A stretch of DNA of 64,000 nt, taken from the NCBI RefSeq assembly GCF_009914755.1, contig NC_060934.1, one strand, 5' to 3'. Positions within the stretch are counted from its first letter, which is position 1, and each line of letters begins with the position of its first letter. The notes beneath the pieces are model-generated. The model was given only the letters and a program-made list of their open reading frames with translations. It was not told the DNA's origin and did not search any database. This document shows, one piece after another, positions 1-14,732 of this stretch. Both the position numbers and the translations under genes were made by a program. The stretch comes from the human T2T-CHM13v2.0 reference genome, Homo sapiens.

Positions 1-71
1 AAAGAAAAAAAAAGAGAATGAATAATGAGCAAGAATGATAGGCCATGGCAGATTGGCACACACATAATTTT

Positions 72-381
<310 letters not shown>

Positions 382-405
382 TGGCACACACATAATTTTC
401 TAAAC

Positions 406-756
406 CAGGGGTTGACAAGCTGTAACTGATGACCCAATCCAGCCCTCCATCTGTAGTGTGTATGCATGTGTGTGTCCCACAAGCTAGGAATAGATTTTAT
501 GTTTTTAAAGGATTGAAAAAAGGCAAGAATACTATTTTATAACAGATGAAAATTATATGAATTTAAATTTTGCTGTCTATACATAAAGTTTTATTGGCAC
601 ATAGTCATACCCATTCACTTTTTGTATTGTCAGTGGCTGCTTTTGCGCTGTTATAATAGCAGAGTCTATTAGTGAATGCAGAAGAGACCATATGGCCTGC
701 AAGGCCTGACTTCTTTACTGTCTGATCATTTACAGAAGAAGTGTACTGATCCCTTG
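406..756. mobile_element. MER58B-like hAT-Charlie non-autonomous DNA transposon
   Basis: Termini caggggttgacaa...tgatcccttg and internal aaagttttattggcacatagtcat...ggctgcttttgcgct...gagaccatatggcctgcaa resemble the recalled consensus. Length ~350 bp. Confidence 0.75.
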
Positions 757-1544
757 ACTAGACTGTCAAGAATGGAAAGTGCACTGTTAAGAATGGGCAC
801 ATCTTATTCACAGACTGCAATCAATAATCAATAATCAATCACTCTGATGTAACCTGAGAACATACTGTGTAGAAAGCATGCTGTAGAGGATAGCGTGTGC
901 TTCCCCTTGTGCTCCCCAGTCTGTTTCACAAGTTCTGGATGATTGATCAATGCTCGATCAATGCGAGCTCCCTTCTCCATCATGGGAAGAATGGGAAGCC
1001 TGCCCCTCCCCTGTGGTGCATCTGGCATCCGAGCTGGTGTTCATCGCTTCCCTCTCTGCTGGGTGAGGACCTCGTGGGTGAGGACTTCCACATAAAAATG
1101 AGGGGTAAGGCGCAAACATCAGACCAGAGTCACAGGAGACATTATCTTCCCCGTGGCCGCCCTGCCTGGTGAGTTTACTGATTTGCCTAAGGGTGGTGCT
1201 GGTGTGTGTCTTGCACCATGCCTCCCTCCAGCCTCTCAGATATGTCCTGTCCGGTGGGGACGTCTCTCCTGTGTATATTTTTGGTGGCTGAGCAAAGTGC
1301 TTGTGGTTCCTTTCAGCCAATTGTGCTGAGGCAAAGGCGGGCCACTTAAATTGCAGTTTCTCTGATGTATCTTCTAAAAGCCAAAGGTCGTTATCCACAA
1401 AGGGTACTTTTGTGTAACACCAGGCACTCGAGTAGATCTGTGGGGTCTTCCCTCTGTGGGTGATGAGTCTGGGTTTCAGCATCCCGCTTCCCCAGACCAC
1501 ATGGCCACTGATCCGTGGGGTGCACAGAAGGACAGGCAGTCACA

Positions 1545-1690
1545 TGCCTGCTTCTTTGAGTTCTGCCACCTACGAGCTGAGTAACCTGGGCAAGTGGTGA
1601 ACCTCATGGATTCTTTGTTGCCACCAGCAAATTGGGGAGAGTAATTGAGAGGGCATTTCTGAGCTCCTGGCTCAGCAGGTAGCATGTTAG
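1545..1690 (+). mobile_element. MIR fragment
   Basis: Core ttctgccacctacgagctgagtaacctgggcaagt...aacctc. Boundaries approximate. Confidence 0.55.
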
Positions 1691-3259
1691 AGCTGCTTGA
1701 TCAATGCGAGCCCCCTTCTCCTTCATGGGAAGAACAGGAAGCCTGCTCCTCCCCTGTGCTGCATTTGGCATCTGAGCTGGTGTTCAGTGCTTCCCTCACT
1801 GCTGTGTGGTTGCCAAAGCCTCCTGTGGAGTAAGGCCCTGCACTGCTTCATCCTCCTGGGAGAGCAGGCAGTGGAGCAGGATGCTGCATACAGAGCTGGT
1901 TCTTGGTTCTTGAGGAGGGGGAGCGGTGGCTCTGCCAGCTCAGCTGTGAGTGGTCCCAGGATGAAGGAACAGCAGGAAACAAAGATACTCTCAAGGCCAT
2001 GGAGAAGAAGTGTGAGGTAGATGCTGGCGCAGGAGCCCACGGTGGGGGAGAATCCGCTTCTGATGTCTTCCACCCTGGACCTCAAGTGTCAAACAGCAAG
2101 AGATGGGCTGAGCAAAGATCACCCGTCTCAAATTCAGTTGACAATCAGCACCAGCCACGTCTCCTGGGAAACATGAAGTGGCCTTAACCGTCACCTGCCT
2201 GTCATCTCAGGCTTGCCATTAGTCAGGCATTCGTTAAAGAATTCTGTCAATAATAGAAATCAGAAATGCCTGGAAAGTAGATTTCTTGCAGGGCAGATGG
2301 AGAAGACAGCCTCTGGGTCTCCAAACCCCTTTGGCTCTCACTGGGGCTTCTGGGCAGGACTGGGGACCCATGTACATGTCATCTCAGGGCAGCTTTCTTT
2401 CTAAACCCATTTTGCAGATGTGGCGGCTGAGGTCTCATCCAGCACCCAGTCACGCCTCTCTTGGGGGAGAGCCCCACCGTTGGGAGCTGAGCAAAGGCAA
2501 TATTTCGGTTTTTTTTTTAAAAGATACTGTGAGTTGGTCATCACTAGACTTGGGTGTAAGTTAACTGTTATCTCACCACTTTGCTACCAGGTTATAATCA
2601 AAGAAAGTCTTAGATCAAAGTCAGCCACACACACAGACATTTATGAAAAATAGTTTTGCACAATCAGTGCATACTGTCTGTTCTTAGGCTTCATAAAACC
2701 CCCTTCCCTGTCATTTGAGGTGCTCTGCCTGAGCCTTGATAAATGATTCATCAGAAGCAAATGAGAAAGTATTCTGGAGGCAAGATTCAATTTGCATGGA
2801 TAGTCATCTTAGGGAACCAGCATCCTCCAGACCCACAGCTTCTTGCCACTAGAACACAGGGTCCAGCGTTGGGCACTGTCCTTCAACACTGGGCTTCCTA
2901 CACACACACATCCAATCCACGCACAGCCCGGGAGAGTCCCTGAAACATTTTAGCTCATCCACATACCTTGCATGGTGTGGAATTCAACAAGGAGAACCCA
3001 TTTCTCTTAATCATTACACTCATTAAGAAAACACGAAGCTCACAACAGAAAATAATTTCTAACTATTATTATTCTGTGGTTTCTGCTTTTGATCAAGATA
3101 AGAATAGCCGAAGCACCCACCCAGGTCACTCTCATGGAATGGGGTTTTCTGATTAAAGATTGGCAAGCAACTGACAAGCTTGTAGCACATCCTTTAAGCT
3201 GGCACTCGCTGTTTGAGTACTTGAGAGTTATTTGCAGACTTCCTAAGTCTTTCGTTTTG

Positions 3260-3480
3260 CTAACTGTGTGTCAGGAACTGTTCTGGGCACTCTATGCAAT
3301 GTGAGCTTATTTAATGGTTACCACCTAGGAGGCTGATGTGCTCTTGACACCCATTTCACAGATGCAGAATCTAAGGAAATCTGCTCAGTGTTTACACAGC
3401 CAACTGGTCAGTGGTACAGCCTGGATTTCATCTCTGGGTGTTTATTCCTGGAGTCCCTGCTTTAACCACCATATTAACCT
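3260..3480 (-). mobile_element. MIR fragment
   Basis: tgtgtcaggaactgttctgggcact...cccatttcacagatgcagaatctaagg. Boundaries approximate. Confidence 0.6.
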
Positions 3481-3749
3481 GCTTCTGAACACCAACCAAA
3501 GCTTGAATCCAGCCTTCCAAATCTCAAGCCTGGGCTTTTGTTAAGGAGGACGCTCAGGGTTTCTTGATAGCCGAACTCCTGTATGTCCAGGAAAGAATAA
3601 AGACCAGATGGTCTTGATATGAAAAGGCAGCAGATTTTAACTACAAAATGGGAAATGAGTAATTCGTTTACGAGGACAAAGTAGTGAAAACTGTTCTTAG
3701 GCTTAGGGTAGGTGATTATATCTTAACTCTTTGAATGTTCAGTCAAAGC

Positions 3750-5476
3750 TATATATTCAAGATATTGTGGGTTCCCTACCAGACCACCACGAAAAAGTGA
3801 AGTTTGCAATAAAGCAAGTCACACAGATTTTTTGGTTTCCCAGTGCATATATGTTATGTTTACACTATAAAGTATTTTATTAAGTGTGAAAAGTATGTCT
3901 TAAAAAAACAGTGTATATACCTTAATAGAAATACTTTATTGTTAAACAATGCTAACAATTATCTGAGGCTTCAGCAAATCTAAATCTTTCTGCTGATAGA
4001 GAGTCTTGCGTCAATGTTGATGGCTGCTGACTGATCAGGATGGTGGTTGCTGAGGGCTGAGGTGGCTATGACAGTTTTTTAAAATAAGGCAACAGTGAAA
4101 TTTGCCACATCATTTGATGCTTCCTTTCACTCAAGATTTCTCTGTAGCCTGTGATGCTGTTTGGTAGCATTTTACACACACTAAAACTTCTTTTCACATG
4201 GGAGTCAATCTTCTCAAACTCGGCCAACTGCTTTGGCAACTAACTTTATGTAATATTCTAAATCCTTTGTCATTTCAACAATGTTATCAGAATCTTCACC
4301 AGGAGTAGATTCATCTCAAGAAACCACTTTCTTTGCTCACAAGCATGAGTGGGAACTCCTTATCCATCCAAGTTGTATCATGAGATTGCAGCAATTCAGT
4401 CACATCTTCAGAGTCCACTTCTAATTCTAGTTCTCTGCTATTTCCACTACATCTGAATTTACTTCTTCCTCTGAAGTCTTGAACCGGTCAAAGTCAACCA
4501 TGAAGATCAGAATCCACTTCTTCCAAACTCCAGTTAATGTTGATATTTTGACCTCCTCCCATGAATCATGACTCTTCTAAATGGCTTTTAGAATGCTGAA
4601 TTTTTTCCAGAAAGTTTTCAATTTACTTTGGTCAGATCCATTAGAGAAATCACTATCTCTGGCAGCTATAGCCTTATAAAATATATTTCTTAAATAATAA
4701 GACTTGAAAGTCAAAATTGCTCGTGATTAATGGACTGTGGAATGGATGTTGTGTTAGCAGGCATGAAAACAACATTCACCTCCTTGTACATCTCCATCAG
4801 AGCTCTGGGTTGACCAGGTGCATTGTCAATGAGCAGTAATATTTTTGAAAGGCATCTTGTTTCTGAGTATCAGGTCTTAACAGTGGGCTTAAAACATTCA
4901 GTAAACCATGCTCCAAACAGATGTGCTGTCATCCAGGCTCTCTTCTTGCATTTATAGAGCATATGCAGAGTAGATTTAGCATAATTCTTAAGGGCGCTAG
5001 GATGTTCAGAATAACAAATAAGCATTGGCTTCAACTTAAAGTCGCCAGCTGCCTTAGCCCCCGGCTATAGAGTCAGCCTGTCCTTTGAAGTTTTGAAGCC
5101 AGGAATTGACTTCTTCTCCCTAAATATGAAAGTCCTAGATGACATATTCCAATATAAGGTGGTTTCATTTACATTGAAAGTCTGCTTTTTAGTGTAGCCA
5201 CCCTCATCAATGGTCTATCCTAGGTCTTCTGGAGAACTTGCTGCAGCTTCTCCATCAGCACTTTCTGTTCACCTTGCACTTTTATGTTATGGAGATGGCT
5301 TCTTTCCTTAAGAATCAACCTCTGGTAGCTTCAAACTTTTCCCCTGCAGCTTCCTCACCTCTCTCAGCCTTCCCAGAATTGAACAGAGTTTAGGGCCTTG
5401 CTCTCAGTTAGGCTTTGGCTTGAGGGAATGTTGTGGCTGGTTGGATCTTCTATTCACACCACTGAAACTTTCTCCG
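3750..5476 (-). mobile_element. Tigger1 (TcMar-Tigger/pogo), 5'-truncated, with decayed DDE transposase
   Basis: Right end gatattgtgggttc...cagaccac...gcaataaagcaagtcacac. Minus-strand peptide remnants QTFNVNET (~5160-5184), [10 protein letters not shown] (~4810-4840) and [10 protein letters not shown] (~4741-4770). No intact ORF. Confidence 0.93.
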
Positions 5477-6446
5477 TAAAAAAGTTTCACCACTAAACTT
5501 TGCCCACTGCAAGCTGAGAAGATCCTTCGGAGACCTCTTTGGAAACACATAGCAAAGAAAATGACAGAAGCCGCCATCTCTTGTATCTTTACCATGCTTT
5601 CAACAGTAGCTACCAATTATTGAACAGCTGGTAGGACCCAGCCTCTCTATAGACACTGAGGCTTCTAATCTCCTTCTTCTCAAGACCTCAATAAGGAAAA
5701 TGAGTTCAGAGCTGTTATTAACTTGAGGAAGGTTGCACAGCCTATAAGTGACAGGACATGAATCAATATGACCTGTCACTTATAGATCACTTATGACCTT
5801 GAGGCTCCTGCTCTTTCTAGTTCTTCATTTCTTTGTGTGTTTCCTGTAGCTCTTCTCCAAGGGCACACCCCACATAGAGAGACCCACCAGGCCTGGCTTG
5901 AGTGAAACTAAATGCGTAGTGAGTAGAAGTTGCCAAGCACCAGTGAGAATGGGAAAATGTGGACAACGTCACCACCTGCCAGGTAGCAAGCACCTAGGCT
6001 CCTACAAATGGGCAAAAAAAAAAAAAAAAAAAAAAATCGGTCTCAGTTTTCAGCCTATGGCAAATGAGCCTTCAGCAAATGACATGAGCATGCTAAATGA
6101 TTGCAGTGTCCATAGCAGGTCTTGAAAATGAACCCGGATAAATTTTAAGCATCACTGGTGTATGCTGAGCGTGAAATACCTTGAAAGCAGCATTCTCTTT
6201 TGTAAGGATCCTATTTTCTCTTAAGCATTTCTGCCTTGAACCGTATGGTTTGCTCAAGGCCTCTGACTACTTCCTTTTTTTCTGGGCTGACTAGGATTCA
6301 TTTACACTGTTTTTGTAAGGATGCGTTGCTGGATGCTGTGGGGAATAAAGATTCTGCACAGATGGACCCTCACTGTATTGTTGTAGACCAGGGGCCATTG
6401 CCTGCAGGGACCTCTGTCCTGGGTGGTGTTTGGTGATCAGAGGCTT

Positions 6447-6560
6447 GCCAGGGATGGCAGGGACGCCAGGGACAGCAAGGACGGCAGGGACGCCAGGGAC
6501 GGCAGGGATGCGAGGGACGGCAGGGACGAGAGGGATGGCAGGGATGGCAGGGAGGCGAGG
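6447..6560 (+). repeat. 9-bp tandem repeat (GGCAGGGAC-like), ~12 copies
   Basis: gccagggat ggcagggac gccagggac agcaaggac ggcagggac... Confidence 0.9.
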
Positions 6561-6839
6561 TCTCTGGTTGTCGTGATTGGGCGTCTGGGTGTGTGTTTGT
6601 TTATGCTTGTTTATTAATGCCCCACCTACTTCCAGAGAGATCTGGTTCTCTGGGAAGTGAAGGTTAGAGATTCTTATTCCCGGGTTGTTTTGATTTATTT
6701 TTTAATCATGAAACTGAGTCACACCAATGGTACAGATATGAACAGAAAAATTATGAGTCCCATGCCTGCAGTTTCTGAAACATGCCCTCTTTCCTTCTTG
6801 TGTTTTTTCTTTTTTATTGTGATTTTATATATATAAATA

Positions 6840-7050
6840 AATATTATATATATGTAACCACAATAGAAAAGAAAAAGTACGTACATTACAAAGTTTGCCA
6901 TTTAACCGTTTATAAGTGTATCATTCAATGGCATAATTACATCCACAGTGTTGCTCAGTTATCACTACTGTTGATTTCCAGAATGTTTGTTCACCCCAAG
7001 CAGAAACTCTCAACTCCCTGTTCCCATCCCCCATGTATATGGAACTAGGA
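6840..7050 (-). mobile_element. Old L1 (L1MB-like) 3' end fragment
   Basis: aaagtttgccatttaaccgtttataagtgtatcattcaatggcat...atttccagaatgtttgttcaccccaagcagaaac. Confidence 0.65.
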
Positions 7051-7259
7051 AAAGACTCCAGTGGCAGCTGATGACACACATTCCTACACCCCGGCAAGCA
7101 GAGCATCCAGGACAACCTGTCCTGTGCCCGAGGGGTGGGGCACGGTCACCCTGACCTCCCCTGCTTCCCCTGCCCATCCATGGCTGTCCTTCACTCACCC
7201 AATTAGTGATCATAGGACAACAGGAGGAGCCTGGGAGAGGAAGGAGGAGGCCTGAGGGA

Positions 7260-7457
7260 TGGACACTGGGGTGCTGAGGCGGAGGTCTCTGGGGTGAGCA
7301 GACACTGGGGTGCTAGGGCAGGGTCTCTGGGGTGCTGTGGTGGGGATCCCTGGGGTGAACGGACACTGGGGTGCTGGGGCAGAGGTCTCTGGGGTGAGCA
7401 GACACTGGGGTGCTGGGGCGAGCAGACACTGGGGTGCTGGGGCGGGGACTCTGGGGC
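7260..7457 (+). repeat. G-rich minisatellite, ~39-41-bp unit with ~20-bp subunits
   Basis: Repeats of gacactggggtgctgnggcrgaggtctctggggtgagca. Confidence 0.85.
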
Positions 7458-7829
7458 GACCCAAGACCCTTCTTTATTTGCCGGGATGGAGTCTTACAGT
7501 CAGGCTTTGCCCTCTCTCGCGGCCTCCCCCAGCAGTAGAGACTTCTCACTTCCTGATGTTCGCTGCTGGACATTTCTGATGTGTTTGTCTTGGAGATGGT
7601 TTTTTCATTACCCAAGCTGCTGCTAAATCCGTCAACATTTATTTTGTGAAGTTGAAATAGGTGGACGAGGCAGGATTGGGAGGAGGTAGAGGCGAATAAG
7701 AAGGACCAAGTAGTGGAGAGTAGAGGGAGAGTGGGTGGCCTTATGATATTGAAAACACAATCCTGAAATTAGACTGTTAGTGATGACAGGCTTGGTGCTC
7801 TGGAGGTGAAGCTGAGGGTACCTGCCTAC

Positions 7830-7979
7830 CTTGATTTCCAGACTGGTTTATCCCAACACTTGCTAACTCCACGTTAGGGCTCTTAGTGGCTAATTGTCTC
7901 TAAGCTTGATTTCCAGACTGGTTTATCCTAACACTTGCTAACTCCGCGTTGGGGCTCCTAGTGGCTAATCGGCTCCAAG
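7830..7979 (+). repeat. Tandem duplication, 2 x 75 bp
   Basis: cttgatttccagactggtttatcc... starts at 7830 and 7905. 7 mismatches by hand count. Confidence 0.92.
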
Positions 7980-8269
7980 CTTTGGAGGGAGCATTTTAAG
8001 GTCTTTTCAATCAACACATTTTATTTTCTGATGACCTAGAAACAGGTGTGAACTCTCCGACTCCCCACCAAAAGAAAGTAGATGAAGAACTCTTCAAAAT
8101 TTGTAGAGAGGACATATCAGAATTGAATCACAACTTTTCAGGCCTTGGCAAAATTTTCTTTAAAGAACCAACACAGGCACACCTACTCAGCACTGCTAGT
8201 GTAGTGGGGAAATGGCTGGCTAATCCCTACTAAAAGAGTTTTGCTGTGTTCTAATAAAACTTTATTTAA

Positions 8270-8479
8270 ACCACCTCACACCGATTAGGATGGCTACATC
8301 AGAAAAAAAAAAAAACAGGGAAATAACAAGTGTTGATGAGGGTGTGGAGAAATTGGAACCCTTGTGTACTGTTGCTGGGAATGTAAAATGGCACAGCCAC
8401 TATGGAAAATAGTAGGATGGTTCCTCTAAAACTTTAAAATAGAATTACCAGATGATCTGGCAATTCCACTTCTGGGTAT
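8270..8479 (+). mobile_element. L1M (L1MB-like) fragment, part 1 (ORF2 end region)
   Basis: accacctcacaccgattaggatggct...gagaaattggaacccttgtgtactgttgctgggaatgtaaaatgg...gcaattccacttctgggtat. Confidence 0.85.
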
Positions 8480-9570
<1,091 letters not shown>

Positions 9571-9722
9571 ATATTTATCCAAAATAATTGAACATAAGGA
9601 CTTGAAGAGAGATCTGTACACTGATGTTCATAGCAACATTTTTCACAGTTGCGAAAAGGTAGAAGTACTCAAGTGTCCATCAACAGATAAATGGGTGGTA
9701 TACACGATGTGGCATATGCATC
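9571..9722 (+). mobile_element. L1M fragment, part 2 (continuation of 8270-8479)
   Basis: atatttatccaaaataattgaa...atgttcatagcaacatttttcacag...aagtgtccatcaacagataaatgg continues the L1 consensus. Confidence 0.8.
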
Positions 9723-9724
9723 CC

Positions 9725-9855
9725 AAAGCCTCCATTTCCTCATTTGTAAAATATTGTGTGATTCATACCCCGCAAGACTTGTGAGCATGAAATAACATGA
9801 TCTGTGTGAAAGCAATGACAGTGTCTGGAACTTAGGGGGTGCTCACCAAATGCCT
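9725..9855 (+). mobile_element. MIR fragment
   Basis: gcctccatttcctcatttgtaaaat...gtgaaagcaatgacagtgtctggaac...gtgctcaccaaatg. Confidence 0.65.
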
Positions 9856-10891
9856 AGCAGCAAAGCAGCAGAAACTAGAGGTGGTCGTGTGGGAGAGGAT
9901 GGAGGAACCGGTGGCTGGGAACTGCCTACTTTCAGGATTTCTTACCTTTGGCCCACGACAATTCCTTGGCCAGGAATGCTGTTTTGGTGGAAACTGGGAT
10001 GGTATGCATCCAGCACGTCACTCTGTTTATTAGGCATCAGACTGGTAGACAAGGGCCCAGTAATCTCGGCTCATGGAGACCCAAGTGGGGATGACACGGC
10101 CTCAGGCTAGAGCAGACGCACCCTGGGAATCCTCTGTATTCTTGTTGGCATCACAGCCCAAGCCTGTGTCCAGCAGGGCTGACCAGAAGAAAGGTCTGGG
10201 GCATTTTAGGTTTTAGTTAAGAGTTTGATGGAGGCTTAAGCTTTTATTGATTTGAAAAAGAAAAGAAAGGGAATCTTGGAAAAAAGTAACTCGCTGTAGT
10301 GCAGACAGGAAATAATAGCAATGAAATCTTTTGGCTTCCCTGCTCCTGACCCCAGAGGTCCCTTCCTCGCTTTAAAATCCTCAGGCACCCCCTCCACCCC
10401 TGTTGCCCACAAGCAAATATGCAGACTCCAGAGCCCCACATCCCCGTCTCTCACGGTCTGGCCCAGTTGATCTCTCTCACCTCATTCCGAAAACTTTCTA
10501 GTGACATTGGTCTTCCCACCGTTTCCCAAATCCCAAAGACACGAGGCAGATCCCACCCAGTCCCCCAGCTTTGCATTACTTTGCCCTTGTGATACTGGGG
10601 GACGTTCTTAGAAGTCACTTCTTTCCACATATATGGTTTTTGTTTCCCAGTCAAGGTCCCAAGGTAGGAAGTTTCTGGCCATGTGAGTCACCACCTGGAT
10701 GAAGGAGCCACCCTGCCAAGTGTGGGGAGGTGCCAGGAGACGGAGCGGCTGAGATGAAGCATTCATTATCTCTCCTTCCCATGGAACTGAAGTGACATTC
10801 TCTGCATCTCTATTATCACTTCACCTCAACTTGCCTCTTCCCAGCATCCCTGAATTATGCAGAAATCATTTGAAGGCAAATTCCCAGCTAC

Positions 10892-10967
10892 TGTTGCTAG
10901 ACTCATTTTTCTGCAGGGATGGAGGAATGTGTTGCTAGACTCATTTTTCTGCAGGGATGGAGGAATG
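10892..10967 (+). repeat. Perfect tandem duplication, 2 x 38 bp
   Basis: tgttgctagactcatttttctgcagggatggaggaatg occurs twice with no mismatch. Confidence 0.95.
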
Positions 10968-11911
10968 TGTCACTTTTAATTTGTTTCCTTTTTTCCCACC
11001 CATTTTGGGTAAAACATTGTGTTAAAAGATACATCGTCTCCACCCCCAAAGCAGCCTGTCTTCATGCCCAAGGGATTTAAATGCCCTCATATTGAAGTGT
11101 ACAAGCTAATTATGTAACTTAAAGTAAGTTTAGGGAAGGAATTTAAATACCCCCACAGCTTCACAATGTGAGAAATGGGGCTGTGCAAGCCCCTGGAAGT
11201 TCCCTGCCTTTCTCCACATTCTCCCTCTGTAGTAATGAGGCTCCTCATCTTTCTGTTTTATTGGCAGCAAACACTGGGTAACAGGGGTGCTAGAAGGGCC
11301 TGAGGGTCTGTCATAAGCAAGGGCCTATAATTGTGCCAGGAGCCTGGAATAGTTAAATTGGTTCCTGATTACTTTTCACTCGCTAAGTTCCCCTCAGCTC
11401 AATTAACATATAATTATTTAGGACTATGCTACTTTTGTTACTGGCACATGGCTTTCCAAATAGGCAGCTTTGGGGGATGATCTCCCTCTGGAGCCCACGC
11501 ACTGCATCCATCCACCCGCCCTTTTTGTTCAAGAACAAAAGCAAGGCTGGCGGGACCTCCTCCAGAACCTTCATGCTGCAGAGAGGCTTGGACCTTGGCA
11601 GGTGCCTCCTGCAGGCAGAGCCTCGCCGGCCACACCAGCCTGTCTCCCAAAGACGCGCAGAACTGCAGAATTCACAGGGCTTGTCTTTCTCTTTTACCAA
11701 ATGCGACTTTACATTTTGTAAGGTGTCAGTGGAGATCATATCAGTGTTCAGATAACTTTGTATCATGTGGTGATGCCTCTTCCTTACCTTTAATCTCAAA
11801 AATAAAAAAACAAAACCTGTAGGTTCAAAGTTCCAGGGAGCTTAGAGGCACTGGGGTTGAGTGCTTTCATTTGTCAGTGGAGAAGATGAGGGTCTCGAAA
11901 ACTTGAGCAAC

Positions 11912-12080
11912 ATTTTTTTTGTTTTAACATTTTTAAAATTCTATTGTAAATTGACAAATAATAATTGTGTATGTGTATGGTATGCAGTCGATGTTGTGAT
12001 ACATGCATTCATTGTGGAATGATTAAATCAAATGAATTAACATGTCTGTTCCCTCACATACTTCTCATTTCTTGGTGGTG
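11912..12080 (-). mobile_element. L1MA-type 3' terminal fragment
   Basis: Poly-T then ttgacaaataataattgtgtat...gatacatgcattcattgtggaatgattaaatc. Flanked by near-TSD ttgagcaac/ttgaacaac. Confidence 0.7.
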
Positions 12081-12949
12081 TTGAACAACGTTCCGAAGGT
12101 CAGGTAGCTCCACGTTTAAATGGACATGAAGCCATTGATAGATAGATAGACATACTTGAATTAAGACTTTAATTGTACAAATGTGTGTATGTGTAGGCTA
12201 CAATTAAACTCATATTTGACACTGTCAAGAATTAGTAGTTTTTGTTGCTAATGGGGTTAAATGTCCAGGATAGGAAAGCTTACTGGTTTGTTGTTGCTTT
12301 AATTGCATTGGCTTGGGAGTGAACCCATCTCCCTTTCTTATTGACCTCACATTTTTTTAAGTGGATAATGTTATGACAAGTTTGATAAAAATGATGCTTC
12401 TGACTTTCTGGAGACAGGAATCAATTACCAAGAAGAGATAACATTTCTCTCCATTGAGCCATTAAAAATAAAATTCACAGGCTTCTAGACCTTACGGCTT
12501 TTTGAATCTTTTTAGGTTGACATAATTTGCCTGTGATTCTTTCTGGATTATTTATTTGTATGTTTGGTTTTATCTCCTGAATTTTAGATTACAAATAATC
12601 CTTCCTTAGATTTTGACCATTTTTAGGACAGCATTCCTGAAAGCATTTAATTCTCACAGCATTTGTTATTGTTTTTTAGAAATTAATTAATTAATTCTCC
12701 TGGCTCAGAATAAGACATAATTTGTGTGGTTCACAAGGTGGTTGATCCCTTCCCCCTGAGTTTCTGGCATTTCTGGTGGAATCCCTAATGAGAAGTTTGC
12801 ATAAGAAGAACCTGAAGAGAGCTGAATCCCACCGCAGAAAACCTACACGGTTTTCTGCAAGGACTCAGGGAGAGCCAGGGGCAACCAAATACTCTAGCCT
12901 CCCTGAGGCCTCTCATTTGGGCCAGAGCCTGACCTTCTGAGCCAGCTCT

Positions 12950-13095
12950 TTCATCCATTCATTCATTCACTTACTCTTCCATCCACTTATTCATTCATTC
13001 CTGTGTCAGTTACCTAGTGAGCATATACTGTGTACCAAATGCTGACTTGGCACTGAGGACACTTAGGTGAACAAGCAGGTGTTGCCACTGCCTTC
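12950..13095 (-). mobile_element. L2 3' end fragment
   Basis: (CATT)n-like tail then gagcatatactgtgtaccaaatgctg...ctgaggacac...gtgaacaag. Confidence 0.6.
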
Positions 13096-13427
13096 GAGAT
13101 ACCTATGCTTTACTCACAATCTGGAGGGCTTCTCTTACCTAAACCCAACTCCAGCAGTGTCCAGCACAGATAGAGTTGTCAGGATGCAGAGTCAGGCGCA
13201 TTCATACCCCACACGCCCTCGAATTGCCTGCTGGGCAAAGGACTATGATCCTGCACTGTGTGGAGCCCCTCATTTCATTTGGCAAGGCATCCTCCCATCC
13301 AAACACTTGGCTTAGCTTGCAATCCTTCTCATATTCCTCTGTAACAGAAAGCGGATTGGTATGCAAAAGCTTCTAATATGATTTTCTTATTTTCCCTACT
13401 TTCACATTTATTAGAAATAACTTATGA

Positions 13428-14021
<594 letters not shown>

Positions 14022-14429
14022 GACTAATAGATTTTCTTACCTAAAAGTTAGTCTCTGGTTATGTTTCTCCTTGCCTCATTGGGTGATTGGCCCGGGGCAT
14101 AGCTGTGTTTCCGTCCCGTCAGGTGTGGGCTGTAGGATATCATTTATGCATGTCCTGGAAGTTTCTGTGCAAGTGACGCAGCCCTTGATGCATTGAGCCC
14201 AAGCATCATCTGATCTTTGTTTACTGCACTGATTATGGTTTTATTTGATCTTTCCTTCAGCTTTCCTCATGCTACTTGAATTTCCACGTTGTTTTTGTCC
14301 CGGCATTTAAAAAAATTTATAGGGAATCTGAATTACAGAATCTACCTCTCAGCCCTGCACTTTCTCAGTCGTCAGTTTCTTAAAAGGTTTTTGTTCAGCC
14401 TTCACATTATTTTAGCATGACATACATAG

Positions 14430-14732
<303 letters not shown>

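Noticed and set aside
3750-5476. Possible domesticated pogo/Tigger transposase gene
   Set aside because: No long ORF, many stops and indels, and the N-terminal region is missing. It is a decayed fossil.
7260-7979. CRISPR-like repeat arrays
   Set aside because: Eukaryotic context, with no unique spacers between identical repeats and no cas genes. These are ordinary tandem repeats.
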